The notes under the pieces: generated by a model
What the model saw: the letters and a program-made list of their open reading frames with translations, nothing else
The model's database searches: none
What the model was told of the DNA's origin: nothing
Position numbers and translations under genes: made by a program
Part shown: positions 17,845-26,964 of the stretch, in pieces
Numbering within the stretch: position 1 is the stretch's first letter
Layout of the letters: each line of letters begins with the position of its first letter
Sequence record: MN103543.1
Reading direction: 5' to 3' (one strand)
DNA length: 40,000 bases
Source of the DNA: Pseudomonas phage vB_PaeM_PS119XW

Positions 17845-19104
17845 ATGGGTCTATATGCTCAGGTTGTCAATCATGACGAGATGCTCGCTAACCAAAGAGG
17901 TAAAGTAGTATTCGCTAACGACTTTAATACCAGCAATGCTGAACAAAAGGAGGAATTCCAACGTTATCTGTTCTCCCATTATCAGGATGCAGATGCGATC
18001 GAGAACTCAGCTTCGTGTGACTGTGAGCATATCACAGAAGCATACAAGCTTGGGGTAATCTGCGATAACTGCGGTACACCAGTAGTAAGCACGAGCAACC
18101 GACCCATCGTCCCATCGATGTGGATTCGGGCACCGGAAGGGGTGGATCGTCTGGTGAGTCCCGAGTTGTGGATTATGCTTTCAGGTTATATGTCGATGAA
18201 AGAATTCGACTTCCTGGAGTATCTGACCAACACCCAGTATCAGTACGATTACGATACGATCAGTTCGAAGGAAACAAAACGGAAACTTGACAAGTTACTG
18301 GCTCGCCAGTTCCCGCGTGGACTGAACAACTTCGTTCAGAACTTCGATACGATCTTCCAGTTCTTGCTCGATAGCAGTATCATCAATACCAACAAAGGTG
18401 AGATGGCTGCATTCGTTAACCAGAATAAAGAACATCTGTTCCCGAAGAACATTCCGATCCCAACTAAACTCTGCTTCGTTGTAGAGTCTACGACCTCGGG
18501 TGTTTACATCGATAAGCCGATCGGCGCAGCAATCGATGCGGTACTGACTATTAGTAGTATCGGTAGTTCGGCAATTCCGCTGAAACCAATCACTGTACAA
18601 AACCGTGTAGCTCGTGCACTGAAGCTTCTAGCTATCTTCCACGAGAACTACGACAAACAACGAATTGCACAGAAACCCGGTTTGGTTCGTCGACATGTAC
18701 TAGGTGGTCGTCTTAACCTGACTGCACGTGCAGTAATTACTTCTATCAGTGATCCGCATGATTACGATGAACTTCACATTCCGTGGGGTGTCGGTTGTCA
18801 GCTGTTGAAGTATCATCTGATCAACAAGCTCAAACGCAAATTCCGTATGACGACTCGCCAAGCGAACTCGTTCATTTACGAGAACGTTCTGAAGTACAAC
18901 GAAGTCATCGATCAACTGTTCAAAGAGATCATCGCGGAATCGAAGTATAAGGGTCTTCCTTGTGTATTCCACCGCAACCCGACTCTGCAACGTGGTTCGA
19001 CTCAACAGTTCTTCATCACCGTTATCAAGAATGACATTCGCGATAACTCGATCAGCATGTCGGTCCTCTGTCTTAAAGCTCCTAATGCGGATTTCGACGG
19101 AGAT
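17845..19104 (+). CDS. phage multisubunit RNA polymerase beta' N-terminal part, exon 1
   Basis: beta'-like zinc region (CDCEHITEAYKLGVICDNCGTPV), RxxxGGRLNLTARAVI-like element and catalytic NADFDGD at the 3' end. Confidence 0.9.
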
Positions 19105-19466
19105 TTTAATTGGTCTCCTAACCTTCTTAATTGCTGGAACCTCCTTAGAGCCTAACTACCAAAGCGGGGTCCGAAAGGACGAACGTAACGGTTTGAAAAG
19201 TGTTAGGATTGGACAATCAGCAGCGAAGCTTCTACATATTACCGTGAGGTAAGATATGAAGAACGTTCAACGACTATCGAAACCGCTGCGAAAGCAGATA
19301 AGGGAGTAGAGTAGGATCAAGTGATCCGAAATAGAAGGCTTCCCCATAGGGAAGAAGATATAGTCTCACCATCTAGTGAAAGCTAGAGCAGTTACTTAAT
19401 GTCGAGAGATATTAAGTGGACGGTACAGCTGCGACATGTCGCTAACGAAGCTGTACGAAGAATGTG
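19105..19466 (+). ncRNA. group I self-splicing intron, 362 nt, subgroup IA-like, no homing endonuclease ORF
   Basis: P1: exon GGAGAU (19099-19104) with IGS GUCUCC, U.G at splice site; P2 closing CCTAAC/GTTAGG with inner GTCC-GAAA-GGAC; AATCAGCAGCGAAGC core; P7 strands GTTCAACGACTAT (19265-19277) and AAGATATAGTC (19355-19365); P8 CTGC-GAAA-GCAG; P9-region hairpins including GTACAGCT/AGCTGTAC; terminal G; removal restores NADFDGDQLNLTLMPDN. Confidence 0.95.
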
Positions 19467-19673
19467 CAACTTAACTTAACGTTGATGCCCGATAACTATC
19501 TGGCTGATGCAACTGAACGAATCGCTCCGCATACTTGGGTACTGAGTCCTGATGATCCGCATGAGATCTCGGGTAACTTGGAACTACAAGGTCCGGTAGT
19601 AGAGACCATCATCAACTATGCTCACGAGGACTATCTTCCGTCCTTGGAAGAATGGTTGGCGAAAGCAGCTTAA
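19467..19673 (+). CDS. RNA polymerase beta' N-terminal part, exon 2 (joined product 488 aa)
   Basis: QLNLTLMPDNYLADATERIAPHTW... continues the NADFDGD motif in frame after intron removal. Confidence 0.9.
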   Translation, partial: QLNLTLMPDNYLADATERIAPHTWVLSPDDPHEISGNLELQGPVVETIINYAHEDYLPSLEEWLAKAA

Positions 19674-19693
19674 CGATCCAAGAGGAGTAATCC

Positions 19694-20308
19694 ATGTTAC
19701 AACAGGCATACGGCGTCGATCTGATGGACATCGTCGCTGGTGGCCATCTGGATCAAAATACCACGAACTGGTTGGGTGAACGTTCTCAGACACTTCGTAG
19801 TAACCTGAGTTCGATGGCAACTTCGTTCTTCGATCAAGCACAAAATCTTTACCAGATGATCAGTACCAGCACAGCGGTACAGGCGATGCGGAACATTGTT
19901 GCTAAAACGGATAACAGTTGGATGTCTAACAACATTCATGGACTGTACACGTTAGAGCAATTGCAAACCGCAAATCCGATCATGCAACGATACATCATGG
20001 CACAAGAACGCCTGCGTGGTATGTATCTGAACAACATGGTTGAAGGTTATGCTGATTCGTATGTAAACCATCATGGTGATCGTGTTGGCGAACGCCATTA
20101 CGATTATCGTCGTGTGATGGACGAAGTACTGGTTGTCAATGATGACCACACCGTAGTCAAGCAGTTCTACGAAGAAATCCCAGAAGGTGATAAAGAGCTT
20201 TCTCTCTACGAGAAGGTTGATATTCTCCGTTCATGGAATCTTGTGAATGTTGCTCTAGATGAAAACGAAATGGATCCAACCAGTCCTGTAGGGAACTTGT
20301 TGGGTTAA
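19694..20308 (+). CDS. hypothetical protein, 204 aa
   Basis: ORF with AGAGGAG upstream. Confidence 0.8.
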   Translation: MLQQAYGVDLMDIVAGGHLDQNTTNWLGERSQTLRSNLSSMATSFFDQAQNLYQMISTSTAVQAMRNIVAKTDNSWMSNNIHGLYTLEQLQTANPIMQRYIMAQERLRGMYLNNMVEGYADSYVNHHGDRVGERHYDYRRVMDEVLVVNDDHTVVKQFYEEIPEGDKELSLYEKVDILRSWNLVNVALDENEMDPTSPVGNLLG

Positions 20309-20366
20309 CAACATAAACGGAGTCCCTTAGGGGACTCCTTTATAACGAGGATATAAGGAATTTAGT

Positions 20367-20789
20367 ATGATCGAACCGGTGTCGTTTAAGGCCGATCCTA
20401 ATAAAGCACGTCGCCCTATTCTCGATAGTTACGCTCAAAAAATACAAGCTCAAAAAGGGCGTATGAATGTAGTAACTTACTGTGCCAATAACCCCGATAA
20501 GATGGTTAAGATACATCGCGACGGTAATAAATGGTATTGTTGTATTGAACGTGATGGCGTCGAAGTAATTGACAAAAATGAAATAATTGTCATGGGTCCC
20601 CCTGGATTCCCAGATACGATTCAACTACAGATTTCCAATGACCCTAATGATAAAGTACATTTCGTGGAAATTCATGATGGTCGTATTTGGGAAGCAATCA
20701 ACGCTATCGGTGGCGGCTATACCCGAAAAAGGATTGAGTTGCCATTCGGACATCCTTTCTTAGACTTCCTTTTCGTGGAGTCCGATTGA
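20367..20789 (+). CDS. hypothetical protein
   Basis: ORF with AAGGAA upstream. Confidence 0.75.
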   Translation: MIEPVSFKADPNKARRPILDSYAQKIQAQKGRMNVVTYCANNPDKMVKIHRDGNKWYCCIERDGVEVIDKNEIIVMGPPGFPDTIQLQISNDPNDKVHFVEIHDGRIWEAINAIGGGYTRKRIELPFGHPFLDFLFVESD

Positions 20790-20856
20790 GTCCAATGATG
20801 TAGTTAGCGGAGTCTTAGGACTCCGCATACTTTCCTATTATTTTTTTGGAGTTGCC

Positions 20857-21261
20857 ATGACAGTCTCTCTCCCAACACTAGGTACTGATGGTTGGATTAC
20901 CTCAATGGAATCCAAAGCAGACTACATCATCTCTACTTTCCTTACAACAAATAGGTCCATGTCAACGTTACATAGGACACAAAATACTTCGCTTCAATAT
21001 CTACTGAAGGAATATGCTAACGATATCCTTAATCTGGAAATTCAGCTTCGTGATGTACTAACAAATAAACTACGAACCGTGTTTGGTGAATCAGCTCAGG
21101 CTTTGGTTAGTATTGTTCCAGCGAGTCCAGATAATCCGGATGCATTCTCCATTCAGTTTACAGGTATAGTCACTGATGGTACTAAAGAGTATACAGTGGG
21201 TAAACTGGTTCAATTCCAAAATTCACACATTGTGAATATTGCTAATATCAACAACGGGTAA
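20857..21261 (+). CDS. hypothetical protein
   Basis: ORF with GGAG upstream. Confidence 0.75.
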   Translation: MTVSLPTLGTDGWITSMESKADYIISTFLTTNRSMSTLHRTQNTSLQYLLKEYANDILNLEIQLRDVLTNKLRTVFGESAQALVSIVPASPDNPDAFSIQFTGIVTDGTKEYTVGKLVQFQNSHIVNIANINNG

Positions 21262-21265
21262 ATAT

Positions 21266-21856
21266 ATGTCGAATCTTGATTCTCAAATGGAAGAAGCACA
21301 GGTACTGGTCGATGGGGAATCAGATGTTAAATCTGCTCCTGACCTTAATGAAACAGATGCACTCATTCAACGAGTGGAACATCTTAATCGCACGGTAGAA
21401 CGGCTGAGCGAAAGGCTTCATGTTTCTGAAAAGGCTATTAAACAAATTTTGGAAGCACTGACCCAATCGGAAGATCTACATGAACTTCGTGTCATTAAGA
21501 TTCTCTCTAGTTTCTTTGGTGGGTTGAATAATAGCCTTCATGAAAGTCTTGAGCATATGACTCAAGAAGTATCCACACGTCGTTATGGTTTTACTATTGA
21601 AGTTGTTGATGGTGTTAACGTAACGGCACACGAGAATAGTGTAATTGCAACCAAACGAGAAGATGGTGGTATTGATTTCGCATCTATTAATACCCCCGAT
21701 CAAATCCAAAACCATGGAACCGAACCATTCGTTCAATACCTGAAGCAACATGATGAACTGTTTGAAGGTCAGAATGCAATCGTCATTAATATCCTTGCTT
21801 CTAAAGATGCACTTGAAAAAGTACAAGGAGAATTGAATGAGCCAGTATCAAACTGA
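21266..21856 (+). CDS. hypothetical coiled-coil-like protein
   Basis: ORF; ATG 21266 follows the previous stop; heptad-like N-terminal half. Confidence 0.75.
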   Translation: MSNLDSQMEEAQVLVDGESDVKSAPDLNETDALIQRVEHLNRTVERLSERLHVSEKAIKQILEALTQSEDLHELRVIKILSSFFGGLNNSLHESLEHMTQEVSTRRYGFTIEVVDGVNVTAHENSVIATKREDGGIDFASINTPDQIQNHGTEPFVQYLKQHDELFEGQNAIVINILASKDALEKVQGELNEPVSN

Positions 21857-22448
21857 TACAGCTGAAGAAATCCGCGCACGTCATGTAACGCGTGGAATCG
21901 ATGATTGTCTGAATACAATCATCGCAAACGACGAGATGCAGTTGCCCATTATCCTGGAAGACAGGTTTGTGAAAGAGGTCTTACCCCTACTAGTAAGACC
22001 ATGGGATACTGATAACTTAACCCGTTATCGGAAATACGTACTAGAATTGACAAATCCTCTGCGTGTAGCTTCTAATGAAGCAGAGCCGAAGATTCTTTTT
22101 ACTGTACCAGCTTTGTATCCCAGGCCAGCTACCTCATGGGCAGCCGATGCTACAACTGCATCTATTTCACATGTAGTAGATTACATTGCTATTGAACGTG
22201 AACGGTCTCTGCAAGATCTTGAACCGTATATCACGGAGTTCTTAAGTAGTGTATCTATTACTACAACCGTGGACAAAAGTGTTCTCATTCCTTTAGCTAA
22301 CATCCTGGCGATGTACAACCGCACTTTCGAAGATGAAAGTGGGAATCCATTGTACACCCTCGCCGGGGGTGTTCCCGTTAAAGGGTCTAATGGTAGTGTA
22401 CGTCAACAGGCTGATACAAGCTCATTTGACGACGATTATGAAGACTGA
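21837..22448 (+). CDS. hypothetical protein, 203 aa
   Basis: ORF. Confidence 0.75.
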   Translation: MSQYQTDTAEEIRARHVTRGIDDCLNTIIANDEMQLPIILEDRFVKEVLPLLVRPWDTDNLTRYRKYVLELTNPLRVASNEAEPKILFTVPALYPRPATSWAADATTASISHVVDYIAIERERSLQDLEPYITEFLSSVSITTTVDKSVLIPLANILAMYNRTFEDESGNPLYTLAGGVPVKGSNGSVRQQADTSSFDDDYED

Positions 22449-23583
22449 TAAAACAAAGTTCCCCGGTACATTTCGATATATAAGCCTAGGTGATATTCAC
22501 CTAGGTCATCGGACAACTCCTACCTCTCATATTCTGTTAAACTTAGATAAAGTTATTACAGATAAGATGTTAAAGGAACTCGATATGGTCATTATTACTG
22601 GTGACCTATTCGACCGACAGCTTAACTACGGTGATGAATCTGTACACCAGATAAACCGTTGGGCAACAACGTTCATGATGCGCTGCGCTGCAAATAACGT
22701 GATGCTCAGAATAGTTGAAGGTACACCTAGCCATGATAGGGAACAAACCCAGTTCTTTGTAGAGCAAAAAGTAAACGTAAATATTCCAGTCGATCTCCAT
22801 TACTCTAAGACACTGTCAATTGAGTATATTGAGAAGCTCGATGCACATTTTCTTTATGTCCCAGATAAATGGCATCCATCAACAGCTGTTACTTTATCGC
22901 AGGTAAAAGAACAGATGGCTTCACTGGGCATAGAGAAGGTTGACTTTGCTATTATGCATGGTGCATTTAGTTATCAGCTACCTTCCATTGTAGAAGAACC
23001 AACTCACGATGAAGAAGAATACTTAGCTTTAGTAAAACATCAGATCTTGATTGGTCATGTCCACAACATGACTATTAATGATAGAATTTACGCAGCTGGT
23101 TCTTTCGATCGAATCTGTCATGGCGATGAGATCGATAAAGGGTTGTTTCATTTTATCGTTCGTGAGGATGGTAATTTCACGGCGACATTTATAAAGAACA
23201 AAAATGCTAAGAAGTATGTTACTTTAGAAGTTCACGGTTATGATACTAAACAACTTCTTAATAAAGTAAAAGAAACCTTAGCAGAACTACCCAAGTATTC
23301 TGCTATACGACTGCGTTGTGACCCAATGGACGTAGCTAACGGCGATATCGAAACATTTCGAGTTGAGTATCCTAACTACGAATGGTCTGTCTTGGTGGAA
23401 AAAGCTACTAAGAAAAAGAATAGTGTAGCGACAAGTCTAAAAGAATTTGACATGTCTAAGTTTATCGCTATTACACCAGAGACAATTAGTGATCTTCTTA
23501 AAGAAGAGATTTCAAAAGTCACTGATGATCAGACCATACAAGTCCGTTGTCTTGAAAGGTTGACACAGTTCGTTAGGAATTAA
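22438..23583 (+). CDS. calcineurin-like metallophosphoesterase, SbcD/Mre11-like nuclease
   Basis: ISLGDIHLGHRT (DxH), IITGDLFDR (GDxxD), EGTPSHDR (G-x-H-D-like), MHGAFS and IGHVHNM (GHxH). Confidence 0.85.
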   Translation: MKTDKTKFPGTFRYISLGDIHLGHRTTPTSHILLNLDKVITDKMLKELDMVIITGDLFDRQLNYGDESVHQINRWATTFMMRCAANNVMLRIVEGTPSHDREQTQFFVEQKVNVNIPVDLHYSKTLSIEYIEKLDAHFLYVPDKWHPSTAVTLSQVKEQMASLGIEKVDFAIMHGAFSYQLPSIVEEPTHDEEEYLALVKHQILIGHVHNMTINDRIYAAGSFDRICHGDEIDKGLFHFIVREDGNFTATFIKNKNAKKYVTLEVHGYDTKQLLNKVKETLAELPKYSAIRLRCDPMDVANGDIETFRVEYPNYEWSVLVEKATKKKNSVATSLKEFDMSKFIAITPETISDLLKEEISKVTDDQTIQVRCLERLTQFVRN

Positions 23584-23585
23584 AT

Positions 23586-24413
23586 ATGGAACTCATTGAA
23601 AGAGATGTCGGACAGCTTCCAGTTAGTATCGGTACTTCTCTTGCCTTTGAGGGATTCTTAGGAATTCACCCGAATCAACCTAAGCATCCGATTGACGTTA
23701 AATCGGTAAAAGAGATATGGGTCAATCTTCGAACATTGGCCCGTAATCTCAATTCAGCTGTAGCTACGGATAAAGTCCATGGCATTAATCCAGCTGATGC
23801 TGTTACAATCCTAATGCAGGAAATACAGACAATTCCGGTTGCACTGGGGCAACATGGATCGAAAGTCAAGGTGCGTTGGTATATCGCATCTAAAGACGCG
23901 GTCAAGTGGGAATACCCCAAGGCTATTTATAAAGAAGCCAAAACGCCAAAACAAATGGCATATGAAGTATACGAACGTTACGCGGCAATTGAACTTCTGC
24001 ATCAAATGAAAGATGCAGGAATAGAAGTGATGGAGATCAATAAAGCTCCAGTAAGGACCCAAGGTACGATCGCTTTGGTTACCCATTTTCCACATGAGCT
24101 ATTGTGGAAACAATATTTCGATCGTCTTCTTTTGTTGGAATCCCACACTGGGAAAATAAAACCGTACAACTTGTGGTACACCAAGCTTAACGGCATAAAA
24201 GAGGATACGCCCATCCCATTCACTAAATTCACTCTACAAGTGTTTGGCGATAGCGTTGTTTTCGATGCACAACCAAAAGCTATTAAGGCCCAACTGAAAC
24301 AGTTAGCTGCTTCGAGACGTTGGTCGCCTGTAACTACACAAGACAAAATCTATCATGACATTACAACTCATGGCAGTAAAGAACTTAAAGAATGTTACGC
24401 GCTATTACGCTGA
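23586..24413 (+). CDS. hypothetical protein, 275 aa
   Basis: Long ORF. Confidence 0.8.
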   Translation: MELIERDVGQLPVSIGTSLAFEGFLGIHPNQPKHPIDVKSVKEIWVNLRTLARNLNSAVATDKVHGINPADAVTILMQEIQTIPVALGQHGSKVKVRWYIASKDAVKWEYPKAIYKEAKTPKQMAYEVYERYAAIELLHQMKDAGIEVMEINKAPVRTQGTIALVTHFPHELLWKQYFDRLLLLESHTGKIKPYNLWYTKLNGIKEDTPIPFTKFTLQVFGDSVVFDAQPKAIKAQLKQLAASRRWSPVTTQDKIYHDITTHGSKELKECYALLR

Positions 24414-24498
24414 TTAGAAAGAATACTCTTCATCGATATAGTACGTAGAAACACTTTCGCGAAGTGTAAAAAATTAATCCAATTGGAGCTAACACATC

Positions 24499-25245
24499 AT
24501 GTCTCAACAATCCCAAGGCCCTGCCCTCTCTCCGTTCTCTGTAATGTCCACTTGGCTACATGCTGATCCGGTAGAAGGTTCTCAGAAACGTCCTAACCTG
24601 CGTTTCGGTGTCTTTGGTAACGTACCTCGCCTGACCGTACGTACTAACGTTCAAGGTGATCTGAATAACGGTAAGATTGAATTCAAAACTGACCTGGCTA
24701 CTTTTGCAGCTGCAATGAAGTATGCACGGGATCTTGTCGATGGTAAAGATGTTCCTCAAGAACGTAAGTTTGTTCACCAAGATGACTTTGTTGGCGGTAA
24801 AAAGATCGATAAGATCATTCCGATCACCACACTGGTAATCGGCCGCGAACAGAACTCTGGTCGTATTTACATTGCTCTTATCTCTTCTCAGCAACAGCGC
24901 CCGCGTATTCGGTTCTTCTTCGGTCCGTCGAAATATCACACCATCCTGAATGGTGATGGTTCTCCCATCTCTCCGAAAGAGATGTCCGAAGCTTACGCTA
25001 CCGGTTTCCTGGAACCGGCCACTGCAATCATTTACCAGATGATGGTAAGCAGTTTTGACCAGAACGCTAAGAACGTAGCCAACCCAGCTAACTTTGGTAA
25101 CGGTGGCGGCGGTGGTCAACGTCAAGGTGGCTATAATGGCGGCAACCGTGGTGGTAATAGCGGTGGTGCTCCTCAAGGTTACAATCGTCCGTCCTCCGGT
25201 GGTTTCCAGGACAATGGCTTTGACGATTCCATTCCTGACTTCTAA
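24499..25245 (+). CDS. single-stranded DNA-binding protein-like
   Basis: Folded N-terminal part, Gly/Gln/Asn/Arg-rich linker, acidic C-terminal tip DDSIPDF reminiscent of the SSB tip DDDIPF. Confidence 0.65.
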   Translation: MSQQSQGPALSPFSVMSTWLHADPVEGSQKRPNLRFGVFGNVPRLTVRTNVQGDLNNGKIEFKTDLATFAAAMKYARDLVDGKDVPQERKFVHQDDFVGGKKIDKIIPITTLVIGREQNSGRIYIALISSQQQRPRIRFFFGPSKYHTILNGDGSPISPKEMSEAYATGFLEPATAIIYQMMVSSFDQNAKNVANPANFGNGGGGGQRQGGYNGGNRGGNSGGAPQGYNRPSSGGFQDNGFDDSIPDF

Positions 25246-25249
25246 ATAA

Positions 25250-25292
25250 ATCTACAGCATCTCTTTGGTAAACACCGAGAGATGCTGTATGC
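25250..25292 (+). terminator. hairpin downstream of the SSB-like gene, processing or weak termination site
   Basis: ACAGCATCTCT...AGAGATGCTGT, 11-bp perfect stem. Confidence 0.5.
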
Positions 25293-25327
25293 CCTCTATT
25301 TCCTGACATTAAAAAATATCTCAGATC

Positions 25328-25335
25328 TATATTAC
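25328..25335 (+). promoter_or_regulatory. putative early-type promoter TATATTAC
   Basis: CTCAGATCTATATTACAACTGTG, 33 nt upstream of ATG 25368. Confidence 0.65.
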
Positions 25336-25367
25336 AACTGTGCATCACCAGAACTAAAGAGGTATAA

Positions 25368-26945
25368 ATGCGCATCGACGTTACTGGGGTACAAGGCAAC
25401 GGCTTTGTGGAAGTAACCACTAGCCATAAAGGAAACGAAATCAAGTGGAGTACAAGGGCTTATAGCAAAGTAAAACTCAATGATCCAACTCGTGTTTTCA
25501 AGGAATTTAATGATTACCTAGAAAGCTGCGATGAGGCTGATCAAGATCGTATCTGGAACAGCTATGTCAAAATCAACGATCTGTTCAAGATGGACTTCGA
25601 ACCGGCGCACATCTCCAGTACGCTGATCCATTACATCCATGAACTGTACTCAGCTCTGCCAATGAACAAACTCCGTCGTTGGCTGTTGACTATTGGTAAT
25701 CTGCATATTCCACCAGAGATCCAGAAAACGATCACTGATGAATCGCGCTACACCAAGCGTGAGCAGACTTATCTTCAACATGACTACATCAACCTCGCTA
25801 CTGTGGCACTTGGTCTTCGACCGATGGTTCCGATTTGGGGAGAATACATTGATTCTGGTACGGATCAAGAACTCCACAAAGAAAACGAAGTTGTTGGTTT
25901 GATTAGCCGTTGTGAAATTGCTAACTGGCCGCTACTTGAAAAAGATGAAGTGGGTGAAGATGTAGATGCGGCATTTGACAAACTGGAAGGGTACGTCAAA
26001 TTCTGCGTTGAAGATGAACCGACTACTTTGGGTAGCCTTTGGCGTGGTATGAGTTCAGTTGAAATTCCAGTACATCTTCGTTCGAAGGCTCTGGTTCGCC
26101 GACTGACAATCGTTCCTCTGAACGATCCAATGTCCCACTCTATCGTAGCTAACACGTTCCGTTACGTACGTAGCAATCTCAATCCTGCCGAGCGTAGTCC
26201 AACTGATCGCGTTAATGAAAAGCGTCCAGAAGGCGGCGGTGGTGACGACGAAGATAAAACTTCGTTTATTGAGGCACACAAGACGAAAGGTCGAGTTAGC
26301 CCAGGTGACATTGAGGCATACAACATCGATGCGATGGATTATGAGCTACTGGCACAAACGGTAGATCCTACTATCGACATGGAGAAACTGAGAAAATGTA
26401 TTAGTTGCGTGAGTCAGGTCGCGAACTTTGAGATCCGTCCTCACCAAGTACTACTGGCACAATGGGTAATGGCAAAAGCTTTCCCGGCGCGTGCTTTCTA
26501 TCATATCTCCAAACTGCCAGTCAATACACTGTTGGCAACTACCCAGGCTCTACTGTGGCATTGGGGTTACCTTGATGTAGCTGTGTTCCTACAAGTCGAA
26601 CCTGTTTATCACGGTGAACATGGATCGACTAATCAGCTTAGTAATACCCGAAGTGGTTCGAGAATTGCTCAGAAGTATAAGGCACAGCTCGATGAACTCT
26701 ATCCGCATATGAAACTCGCTAAGGTCCCCCAATCGGGAGAGATTCCTAAGCCAGATAACATGGCGGGTATTGCAGTGAATAACTGTAACCAGTCCATCCG
26801 CTCCTCTACTTGGATCTATCATGGTCCACCTGAGCTGTTCAAGCTTTCTGGTCAGATTGCTCAGAACAACATTCTGATTCCACCTCCAAATATCAAGCAC
26901 ACGATCACCGAAGTGGTTCTACACCTCGCTCAGATCAACCAGTAA
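25368..26945 (+). CDS. hypothetical protein, 525 aa; position and size fit a phiKZ gp68-like nvRNAP subunit, unproven
   Basis: Long ORF; assignment from gene order only. Confidence 0.8.
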   Translation: MRIDVTGVQGNGFVEVTTSHKGNEIKWSTRAYSKVKLNDPTRVFKEFNDYLESCDEADQDRIWNSYVKINDLFKMDFEPAHISSTLIHYIHELYSALPMNKLRRWLLTIGNLHIPPEIQKTITDESRYTKREQTYLQHDYINLATVALGLRPMVPIWGEYIDSGTDQELHKENEVVGLISRCEIANWPLLEKDEVGEDVDAAFDKLEGYVKFCVEDEPTTLGSLWRGMSSVEIPVHLRSKALVRRLTIVPLNDPMSHSIVANTFRYVRSNLNPAERSPTDRVNEKRPEGGGGDDEDKTSFIEAHKTKGRVSPGDIEAYNIDAMDYELLAQTVDPTIDMEKLRKCISCVSQVANFEIRPHQVLLAQWVMAKAFPARAFYHISKLPVNTLLATTQALLWHWGYLDVAVFLQVEPVYHGEHGSTNQLSNTRSGSRIAQKYKAQLDELYPHMKLAKVPQSGEIPKPDNMAGIAVNNCNQSIRSSTWIYHGPPELFKLSGQIAQNNILIPPPNIKHTITEVVLHLAQINQ

Positions 26946-26964
26946 AATTCAAGAGGTAAATTAC

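Noticed and set aside
19464-19673. Free-standing small gene starting at GTG 19464
   Set aside because: It is exon 2 of the interrupted RNAP beta' gene; the GTG is intron sequence.
24451-24475. ACACTTTCGCGAAGTGTAAAAAATT hairpin as a plus-strand terminator
   Set aside because: Stem is followed by an A tract, not a U tract, on the plus strand; no minus-strand gene there needs a terminator.
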